Below, one piece after another: positions 55,117 to 64,000 of a stretch of 64,000 nt of DNA. The notes beneath the pieces were generated by a model that worked only from the letters and a program-made list of their open reading frames with translations, had not been told where the DNA came from and made no database searches. The stretch's first letter is position 1; every line of letters begins with the position of its first letter. Location: assembly GCA_020184695.1 (NCBI GenBank), contig JAANOX010000097.1, positions 1 to 64,000 on the forward strand, given 5' to 3'. Position numbers and translations under genes: made by a program. The DNA comes from Histomonas meleagridis 2922-C6/04-290x (lineage: Eukaryota; Protista; Parabasalia).

Positions 55117-55473
55117 AAAATGAGAATTTTTGGGCGAAATCCTTGGAATTTATTCCAGGATGGTGAGTGCGATATGTGCAATTTAGATGGTGAGTAACCT
55201 TTATTTTTTGTCATATGAAACATGTAGTACACATGTGATGATAAAATTGGAATCACATCGTAGCCAGTTCTTACTAAAATTGTGAGATTTTTGATTCTGA
55301 GGCTCCCAACATTCTTTCAGCTTATACTGAGTAATTTCAATCCTCTTCTTTATGATTTGATAACTTTTCATGTTTTAGTGTACTAGCTAACTTCTTTAAG
55401 CTCTGTTTATTTTTATTGTGAAAATTAATTTAAATGAAGAAAATTTTTTCACGCATTTTTATTTTATTATGAT

Positions 55474-57273
55474 TTACAACAAAATAGTACATAAATTACA
55501 AATAATTTTTTGTTTTCCCTTATTTATACATAAATCCTTTGGATTAATTAATTCCAGTGCGCCCCAAACTTTTCCATTTTTTCTATAAGGGAATGCAAAA
55601 GAACAATTACAATCCACATTTAAACTTTTGTACAGGTCCAAATTAAACATACTTTTAGGATTTGTTGGTGAACCAATTATTGCTTCTCTATAATTATAAG
55701 CAACCCCTGAAGTACAATTTTCGAATTTACATTTTACGTCAGTATTTTCATATTTCATAAATCGCCCATCGAAATCTGCAATGAAAAACTCATCGCAATC
55801 AAAAAGACTTTTTGCAGCTTTTTTTATAGCATTTTGTGGATTAATTTTACCATCAACGAAATCATTAATAGTTTGATTTAATATGTTCAACATGTTTAAT
55901 TCTTGTTTAATTTCATTATTTTCATTATTTTGTTTTTCGAAATATTTTGTAAGTTTTATTATATCGAAAATTATTGGCGCTAATTTATCGATTAATTTTA
56001 TATCATTGTTAGTAAAAAAAGGTAAAAAAGTTTTAGCTCTCAGTGTAATAACATAATGATTCCGATTATAAAAATAAGATTTGGAAAATATCGAATGATT
56101 TGTTTGGATTGTATCTATTTCGGATTTAAATTCGGTATTTCGATTATGTACATATTGTATTGGTGTTGAAGATGTCGCAGCATTAAATGTTATACCACCA
56201 TTTTTTGCATCAAATGTTTTATTATCATTAAGTCGTAAAAGTTGTTTCTGTCGATCATCTAATTCAAAGATTTCGATGCATTTACATTCGATTGTATCTT
56301 TAAGAAATGTTTCAATTTCATTAATTGCTTCGGAAATTGAACATTTTTTAATTCCATTAAACATTGGAATAATATTTAAATTATTATATGTTTCGGTCTG
56401 TTGAGTAAATATACGTTTTTGAATAATGTCACGAACCATTTCAAGGATATTAATATAATAAATAGAAAGTGGTTCAGTATCAATGATACATTGTAACACT
56501 GAAATTACATCAGAATTGGAATCAATGATTGGTAATAATACCATCGATTTACACCCACTAACTAATGGAAGATCATAATTAACATTAAAATTGGGATGAT
56601 CACTTGGATCATTTGTGATAAGTGTCTTTTTATTAGTAAAAGGAACAGATAAAATTGTGTTTTCCAAACTTAATGTGATTTTTAAACTTTGCGATAAAAT
56701 AAAATAAGAGCCTTCAGTTCGGGTCCAAATGATAGCTTTGGTTATTGGAATAATATGAGGGAGAGTATCTTCTATTTGTTGAATAGTAGAACATGAACTA
56801 ATAATTGAATGAATATTAACTTCAGTTGTCATGTTAAAAATAAATTGCTGGAGCTCAGGCTGAGAAAGTGAAAGTGAAATAGAACAAAGTAAATCAGGAT
56901 TTAACTGATTATCTGAAATAAGAGTTTTTAAAAAAATGGGATTTTGCTTTAAATATGAAATACATTTGTTGGGAGACATAGTTTTTAGAATTTCAAACGT
57001 AAATGAGAGCTTATCATATTCTTGAAAAAATGGCGCTCGTGAAGAAAAATTAAAAGCATACTGATAATTATTATTTTGACTCCTTGAACTTGAGAGAACA
57101 GATTCATCTTTTTCATTTATATAAAACCTTGGTGGTTGTGTTGGAAATGAAATGTTTGTATTAATTTTTTTTCTATATGTTTTACCACGAACTGTTTGAG
57201 GAAATTTCAATGATGAGCTCTTAGTCTTTCCAAATTTATCTGGAGAAATTGTAAGTGACTTCTTATTGTGCAT
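55474..57273 (-). CDS. Tandem GAF-domain protein
   Basis: CKSMVLLPIIDSNSDVISVLQC and FAFPYRKNGKVWGALELIN are GAF-type; no catalytic domain is seen. Confidence 0.65.
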   Translation of the reverse strand: MHNKKSLTISPDKFGKTKSSSLKFPQTVRGKTYRKKINTNISFPTQPPRFYINEKDESVLSSSRSQNNNYQYAFNFSSRAPFFQEYDKLSFTFEILKTMSPNKCISYLKQNPIFLKTLISDNQLNPDLLCSISLSLSQPELQQFIFNMTTEVNIHSIISSCSTIQQIEDTLPHIIPITKAIIWTRTEGSYFILSQSLKITLSLENTILSVPFTNKKTLITNDPSDHPNFNVNYDLPLVSGCKSMVLLPIIDSNSDVISVLQCIIDTEPLSIYYINILEMVRDIIQKRIFTQQTETYNNLNIIPMFNGIKKCSISEAINEIETFLKDTIECKCIEIFELDDRQKQLLRLNDNKTFDAKNGGITFNAATSSTPIQYVHNRNTEFKSEIDTIQTNHSIFSKSYFYNRNHYVITLRAKTFLPFFTNNDIKLIDKLAPIIFDIIKLTKYFEKQNNENNEIKQELNMLNILNQTINDFVDGKINPQNAIKKAAKSLFDCDEFFIADFDGRFMKYENTDVKCKFENCTSGVAYNYREAIIGSPTNPKSMFNLDLYKSLNVDCNCSFAFPYRKNGKVWGALELINPKDLCINKGKQKIICNLCTILL

Positions 57274-57387
57274 TTCGAATTAACGTATTTATTTGGTGTG
57301 CCCTAATACGTTAATCTGAAAACGAAGTTACAAAGAAATCAAAACGAATTTTCGTTATGAGAAAAAAATAATGGATCTAAATGTATT

Positions 57388-57810
57388 TTATTGCTTAGCG
57401 GCTTCGCATAACTCGAAAAGAGCTCCTAATGTTTGATCAGGATTGTAAAATTTGACTTGATCTCCGTTCCATAAGACAAGAGGATCGTTCATTGCTGTTT
57501 CAATTCCTTGGTTGGCAAGGGCATCAGTAGATGCTTTAAGATCTGGTGTTGTGAAGCAAATATGATGAATTCCACCTTTTGGATGTTCTTTCAAGAATTG
57601 TCCGTGTTCACATTCCATGTTAAGTGGGCAAATAATTTCAATTTTAGCATTTGGCAGTTCAGCAAAAGAAATCTTCACTGATAATCCGCTAAGTTCAACT
57701 GGTTCTGTTGTTGGAACTCCAAGCTTTTTAGTGTAAAGCTCACGTGCTGCATCCATGTCAGGAACAACAATTCCAACATGTCCAATTCCGGAAACGATTG
57801 GTTGAGACAT
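57388..57810 (-). CDS. Methylmalonyl-CoA epimerase-like VOC-family protein
   Basis: GHVGI, KIEII, GGIHHICF and FELCE supply His/Glu/His/Glu metal ligands. Confidence 0.8.
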   Translation of the reverse strand: MSQPIVSGIGHVGIVVPDMDAARELYTKKLGVPTTEPVELSGLSVKISFAELPNAKIEIICPLNMECEHGQFLKEHPKGGIHHICFTTPDLKASTDALANQGIETAMNDPLVLWNGDQVKFYNPDQTLGALFELCEAAKQ

Positions 57811-58080
57811 TTAAAATGTGACCACAGAAATTATCGTACATAAATCGGTTTTTTATCGGGTGCTCACAAACCAGCGAAATCAAAATATCGGCTTTTTACA
57901 ACCAGTCAAAAATCTGATTAAGTATTTGGTGTTGTAAAGCATCGATAAGTCTTTTTCTCCTTCATGAATGTTTTTTTCGGTCATGTTTTTCTTAAATTGC
58001 TTGTTTGTTTTGCTATTGTGTTCGTCTATATACAAATATGAGATATGAAATTCAAAAAAAAAGATAAATGCAAACTGATT

Positions 58081-58644
58081 TTATGAAATGTTGCAACACC
58101 CACCTTCACCTTTCTCTCCTTCGGTAGTTTCTTTGTTATCAGAAATTAAAAGTTTGAGAGCTGCTTCAAATGCACTCGTAACATTAATGTCCTTCTTTGC
58201 AGAAGTTTCGAAGAATGGGCAACCCCATTGCTTAGCAAGCTCTTGTCCTTTAGCAAATGGAACAACTCTTTCAGGTTCGATATCACATTTATTACCGACT
58301 AAAACAACCTTTGCTTTTCCATTTTGTGAAAACTGCATAACCTTGTCGCGGTACTTTTCAGCTTCATTGAAGGAGATTTGTGAAGTAATAGAATATATGA
58401 TAATAGCAGCTTGAGAGTCCTTAATACCAATATCTGTGATTCCTTGCATCTCATCTTGGCCCGCAGTATCGATGATCTTTAATGTGTAGTCCTTCCCATC
58501 AAGGGTCATATCTTTGTCGAAGTAATCTTGAATTGTAGGAATGTACTCAGGGTCGAATGTCGCGCGCGTAAGGCGAAGAATTAGGCATGTTTTCCCAACA
58601 CCTCCAGAGCCGAGTACGGAAATTTGGAAGGATTCTGTTGTCAT
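58081..58644 (-). CDS. Ras-family (Ras/Rap-like) GTPase
   Basis: GSGGVGKT, YIPTIQD, DTAGQDE, NKCD, ETSAK, C-terminal CCNIS. Confidence 0.92.
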   Translation of the reverse strand: MTTESFQISVLGSGGVGKTCLILRLTRATFDPEYIPTIQDYFDKDMTLDGKDYTLKIIDTAGQDEMQGITDIGIKDSQAAIIIYSITSQISFNEAEKYRDKVMQFSQNGKAKVVLVGNKCDIEPERVVPFAKGQELAKQWGCPFFETSAKKDINVTSAFEAALKLLISDNKETTEGEKGEGGCCNIS

Positions 58645-58925
58645 TTGATCGATGATTGACGGTTTATATGAAAAACTAACCTTAACGTCCTACAATAATA
58701 AAATAACCTGCTGCATTCAATCCACTTTTTTGATTGCCAAAACTGTTGTTAAAAGCGTGACATTCAAATTTGAAAGCGGAATTTTGACACCGGAATCATG
58801 GCGAAAATACAACAAAGATGAAAACTAGAATTGGTTAAAAAACACATACATTTTATTACGCAATATAAATTAAGAACCTATTGATATCATAATGCAATTA
58901 TATTGCACATTATAAAAAAGAAAGT

Positions 58926-60302
58926 TCATTCATTTTCAATTTGTCGATTTTTCTTTTGCTTGCTCCCATTATTTGTTCCAACTTTCAGAAGCTCTTCTAG
59001 CTTCACCACTTGCTCCTTATATTGTTTATCTTGCTCAACCATTTGAGTAATCTTTTTTTTCAGTTCGCTTCTTTTTTTCCTCATTGCTTTTATCTGTTCT
59101 TTCATTTGTTGTATAGATTCTTCCATTTCATTTGGTGTTGTTTTTGCGGCACACATTCCAACAAATACAAGATCATTATTTGTGATTTTTGCTTCTGTCA
59201 TTTTTTCATACTTCCATCTTTGCTCATTTGTTGTGTTCTTGATTGCTTTACTTTGTTCTTTCATTTCTTTAGTTTTTTGTTTATTTTCAATTATCGTTTC
59301 TTTCATTGTTTTAATTGCACTTTTAAGTCTTAAATTCCTTTGTTGACTCTTTTCTAAATCCAAGTCAAGTTCTGTTTTGCGTTTTTTTAGGAATTTTGAT
59401 TCTTCAATCTCTTCTTCACTCGCATACTCGCTTAACGGTCGTACAAACGGTTTTGAATTGAAATCGGAAATTGTGAGGTGAAGTGACTCTTTTCGTTTTT
59501 CCAAATTTTTGGTTTCTTCTTCGAGTTTTTGAATCACTGCTTCCGTGTCACCAATCTCTTCAACTTCGGCTTTCAGTGCATTTCGCGCATTTGGAAGCAC
59601 GGGGGAAACAAATTGAATCTTCTTATGAAATGATTCAAGTTTTGATCGAAGTTTTTGAACAGCTTTTTGAGATTTAGCTGTAGTTGAAATGAGTTGTTCA
59701 ATGTATTCTTGCTTCTCAATGCATTCTTGATCAAGTTTTTCCCTCATTCTAACAATTCGTCGAGCTAAAATTTGTGAATCGCCACTTAATATATCGAGAC
59801 ATAAAGAAAAATTTTCCCTTTCTTTGGAATCATAGGCAGTATCAGCCATAATACGAAGATTGGTGTATATTTTTCGAAGATCTGTGTTGTTAAAAGGACC
59901 AACCAATAAAGAATCTTTAGGAATTGGTGGATCTATTACATAAAACCGTATAAACTTATTAAGGGTTTCTTGTTTTTCTTCAATCTCCATTTCAAGTTGG
60001 TCACGATCTGCTGACATTTGAGAAATTGTTGCTTGAAGTTGAGTACATCTCCGTTCTGAAGCAGTAAAATTTGAAGGCATTGTGTCTCTAGAATTTAAAT
60101 CTGTTTTTCCTATTTGGTTTTGACTTATTGTAAGTTGTCTTGTGGTTTCAACTGATATGTTATGAATTTCTGAATTTAAAGCAGATTCTTTTTTTTGAAG
60201 CAGTTCGATTTGTTCTTTTGATAGTACGTAAAGCTCTTCTAATTTTTGTCGGTCAATTGACTCAATCCCAAGCGGACTGCCAAAGTAACGTTTCCACCAC
60301 AT
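58926..60302 (-). CDS. Coiled-coil hypothetical protein
   Basis: 458-aa E/K/Q-rich heptad ORF. Confidence 0.7.
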   Translation of the reverse strand: MWWKRYFGSPLGIESIDRQKLEELYVLSKEQIELLQKKESALNSEIHNISVETTRQLTISQNQIGKTDLNSRDTMPSNFTASERRCTQLQATISQMSADRDQLEMEIEEKQETLNKFIRFYVIDPPIPKDSLLVGPFNNTDLRKIYTNLRIMADTAYDSKERENFSLCLDILSGDSQILARRIVRMREKLDQECIEKQEYIEQLISTTAKSQKAVQKLRSKLESFHKKIQFVSPVLPNARNALKAEVEEIGDTEAVIQKLEEETKNLEKRKESLHLTISDFNSKPFVRPLSEYASEEEIEESKFLKKRKTELDLDLEKSQQRNLRLKSAIKTMKETIIENKQKTKEMKEQSKAIKNTTNEQRWKYEKMTEAKITNNDLVFVGMCAAKTTPNEMEESIQQMKEQIKAMRKKRSELKKKITQMVEQDKQYKEQVVKLEELLKVGTNNGSKQKKNRQIENE

Positions 60303-62385
60303 CTATTTCATATAGCATTTCCATGTTTATTATCATTCTAACTAAATTTAAATTTAATATTTTGCATAACTATGTTCTATATTATTTATAACGAAAACAG
60401 TTTGGATATTCATAATTATTCATGAGATATTTTAGTTTTATTAATTTTTATTTGAATGCGATCGTCAATTACGATACAAGAAATTTATTTGAGCCCAACC
60501 TTATATTGAACCCAAATTTAATTAAATATTTTGTGAATGAATTATATATTTAAGATCATCAAGATTAAAGTTTGGGAAATTTGATATAAGCAAATCATAT
60601 GATGAAAAAAAGGGTTCACAATACGTTATTTTGGAGTTTAGCTCAGTGTAATGGGCTCTTTGGAACAGTCCTCTTTCTGCTAAACAAAACTTATCAATTT
60701 TTTTAATTGAAGAATAAATTTTCACTTTTGCTTTCAAGCAAATTCTCTGAGTTTGTTGGTAGTTCTTTAAGACTTTTAAACAATGATCATCGAATCTGAT
60801 GAGGATACTGTCAATTTATAAACGGTCGCTAGAGAGCCATTTTTTCTTCGATTGTTTTAGTTATACTTCAGAAATATAATCAAAAAACTAATAATGTTAT
60901 ATTCACATGCTATATTCCAATATAATTTTATACGTCAATTATATGTAATTTGATTATACAAAAAAATTTCTTCTGAATTTTGATCGCTAATAACTCGTTA
61001 ATAAATTGGGTTTAAGTCATCAAATCATAATAAACAATCACTACATTTTATGTACTATAAATAATATTCAAATTATAGAATTTCATTAAATATTATTTTT
61101 TTTCTTCTATTTATCGAAAAATTATTAATTCATATCTCGATAACTAATCCCTAACTTAAAAATCTGTCTTTTGAAAATTTAGGAAATATGTTTAACTATT
61201 TAAATGAGAAAATTTGTCTTTAAAAAATTAATATTGATTTCTCTGAGAAAGCTTTAATTTTTAATCATTTTTTGGCGCGAAATAAACTTTTTGTATACTT
61301 TATGAACGATAGAGTGTCTTCACAACGAATATCGAAAAAATTCGACTCGAGCACGTTCAATTCTGTCGTATTATTATTAAAAAGTCGATTTTAACAGAAA
61401 AAGCTAATTATTTATATACTTTACATATTGCGGTTGGAGGTCTAACACCTATCGTGCATGTAAATCAAAAAAAAAAATTAGTCCCCCCCGCCATCATGAA
61501 ACTTCCTGACCCTGATTCATTTTTGACCCGATCAGGTTTATATGGCTTTATTCGATATCCTTGCAAGGTTTGCCATTAAAACTAACTACATAAAGATTTA
61601 ATATTAAAGTCGTTTTTATCACCTGAAATATTATAAAAATGTTGAATTCATATATAAAACTAAAAAAAATTCGTGTTTATCGATTTTATGGATAAATAGT
61701 AACTTTGGAAACTAGAAAATAAGCTACGAAAAACGTTTAGAACAGATGAATCACTTCACAAATTTGAATGTATTATGATATCATACGCTAGCTAGCGTAG
61801 CCATTTAAAAATTCAATGGGAAAATCTTTAAATAAAACATGTATATTTCATTATAAATTTGGGTTATATATTCGAAAGCATATCATTTTATACTAAAAAA
61901 TTATTGAAAATCTATTTTCAAAATATTCTATAAGAGAGAAGAAAGCTATTGACATTGTATTTCTGATGAAATTCTATAATTAAATAGTTCTAACATTTTG
62001 AGCTACGATATCAAATCTTTTTTGATCTTTTTTTTTGTCAATTCAGTATTTTTAAATTGCATAGCAATGACCATTAATAAAAACATTCATATTTTTAATG
62101 TTTTATCCGGAGAATTAAAATTCAATACAGCTCGTTGCGGTTGGTTTTGTAGTGTGCGGGGCTAAATATCTCAAAAAGTGACTCGTGCAAAAGTAAATCT
62201 CCTCCACTCAAAACAAAGTAGCTAACCAGACAAACAGAATACCCAAAAAGTGACGTTTGCAAAAGTAAATATCCAAAAAAGTGACGCGTGCATAACAAAA
62301 TAGCTTGCAAAAAAAAAAAAAAAAAAAATAAATATCCAATATTTGTGAATAAATATTAATGTATTTTTATTTTATCTGAAATTTT

Positions 62386-63265
62386 ATGTCACAAATGAAT
62401 TCGTCTGCAGAATCGACTTGGGGACCCAATGATAATTTGGAAAATGTTCCTAATGGTATTATTAATTTTGGAAACACATGTTATCTTAATTGTTTTTTAC
62501 AGATGATATTACATCGTCCTCCAATTTCAGAAACTATCAAAAAAATACCTGCATCAGATTTTAGTTCTACATTTTCAATAAAATTCAAAAAATTATTTGA
62601 AACATTGAACAATGAAAAAGATCATTCAACTGAATTATCCGATATTATTAACACAATGTCAGAAGAGTTTTCGATTAAATTAAATAGTCAGCAGATTTCT
62701 TTGAAATTTTGGATTTAATTATTGAAAAACTCTTCAAATGAATCAAAAATTTATTCATCACTTCACTTTATTCTGTTGAAAGAACAAAAAAATTAAAAAC
62801 AAATACAACAAAAAATGATATTTTAGAAATTCCATTATGCCCGAATGGAAAAAGCAAAAAAAGTGTGAAATCATTATTGAAAGAATATTTTCACACAAAA
62901 AACATAACAGCAGAAAAAAAATTTATGAAACGAAATTAATCACAACTTATTCAATAATTCAATTACTTTCTATTGCACCTTTATATCAAAATTGTAATTT
63001 TGATAATGATCCTTTTAAAATTTATATAATACTTAAAATGTCTAAATTTAGTTTATATAATTTGAAAACAATAAAATTTGTTTTACGTGGAGTTATATAT
63101 CATTCAAATAATATTAACATAGGGCATTATACAATTTTACTCCTTATTAATCACAAATGGTACTATTTTAATGATGCGAGTGTAAAACATATCAATTCTT
63201 TAAATGACATTGATGATGATGAACTAACATTACCAAGTTCGATAAAATATGTATTGTTGGTTTAA
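62386..63265 (+). pseudogene. Ubiquitin-specific protease (peptidase C19) with frameshifts
   Basis: GIINFGNTCYLNCFLQ Cys box, QQ(D) box broken by a 1-nt deletion at ~62695, His box GHY...WYYFNDASV. Confidence 0.8.
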
Positions 63266-63367
63266 TTCACGTTAAATCAAAAAATTTGGATGATTTTTAT
63301 CCAATGGTTTGGGAGTTAGAAGAATGTACTAATTCAATTCAACCAATAGATATTAATAATTCAAAAA

Positions 63368-64000
63368 ATGAAGATATATTCATTTCCACATGGAAGTCTT
63401 GAAGTATTGAATGCTGTAGTTAAAGAAAATATTCAAAGATATATTGAAAATGCGCCTTCATTAAGAAGTTTAGCAGTTCCAACCAGAGAAATTAAAGCAG
63501 TACAATTCAATCCTACACCATTCAGAAAAACAAAAAAAAGTTCAGATACAAATAAAACGAAAAAAGTAAATACAAATGGAAATGAAAGGGGAAAAAAGAA
63601 CTACAATTGAACAAAGAAAGAAATTATTGGATCTATTCGATACTTATCATGATGATCAAACTGCTTTATGATATTCTGCTAATACATGGATAAGAATTAA
63701 TAATTGTATGAGATTATTGAGAAAAATTCGACTAGGAGAGGATATAATAACTCAAGTTCATAAGGGTGGAAGAAAGAGAAAAATTGATTACGAATATGGA
63801 AAAATATTAACTTTTTCTCTCAGAAAAAATCTGTTTATGAATTTAAAAGAAATGGGTGCTGACTATAAAAAAGCTAAAAATGAAGATATTTGTCCTTCTA
63901 CTATTCAGCGATACATTAAAAAGAAAACAATAGATGATAATTTACCGATTATTTCTTTCAAAAAGGCACAGAAAAGAACACTTGCCGCGAACACACTGGA
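63368..64000 (+). mobile_element. Degenerate IS630/Tc1-mariner-like transposase N-terminus (runs off window)
   Basis: TTIEQRKKLL..., KGGRKRKI, MNLKEM, STIQRYI and SFKK..KR form an HTH-type pattern with stops and frameshifts. Confidence 0.5.

Noticed and set aside
60796-60803. Hammerhead ribozyme core CTGATGAG
   Set aside because: No stem II or GAAA follows.
60522-60840. Possible kinase or other gene relic on the minus strand
   Set aside because: Only a weak GSLATVYK resemblance, multiple stops and no other kinase motifs.
62690-62720. USP frameshift as a 17-nt element (ATTTCTTTGAAATTTTG)
   Set aside because: A 1-nt deletion restores the conserved QQD..E.L motif; removing 17 nt destroys it.

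Overview
AT-rich, gene-dense eukaryotic DNA from a parabasalid, most likely a Tritrichomonas-type genome. This rests on DUF3447-type ankyrin genes, TCATTTT Inr elements and nearly intronless genes. Housekeeping genes include XPD/ERCC2, a Rab, a Ras-family GTPase, NEK, STE20 and Cdc15-like kinases, a PPP phosphatase, CLP1, CFAP65, CYRI/FAM49, a methylmalonyl-CoA epimerase, a bacterial-type LMW-PTP and tRNA-Val(AAC). There are also pseudogenes and transposon relics. The main discovery is that three ankyrin genes (1314-4040, 12747-14421, 43484-46290) are interrupted by AT-rich spacers at the ankyrin beta-hairpin. The spacers resolve into strict 20-nt units: a 17-nt intervening sequence (R-W-T...TTT, no AG acceptor) plus ONE codon. 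Removing the 17-mers restores frame and rebuilds the missing x-x-G-x hairpin (e.g. KD-NSGW-TAL, KN-IYGD-TAL, KT-KNGK-TAL). About 77 such units are visible. This points to a non-canonical 17-nt micro-intron or bypass system with single-codon micro-exons that I do not know to be described.
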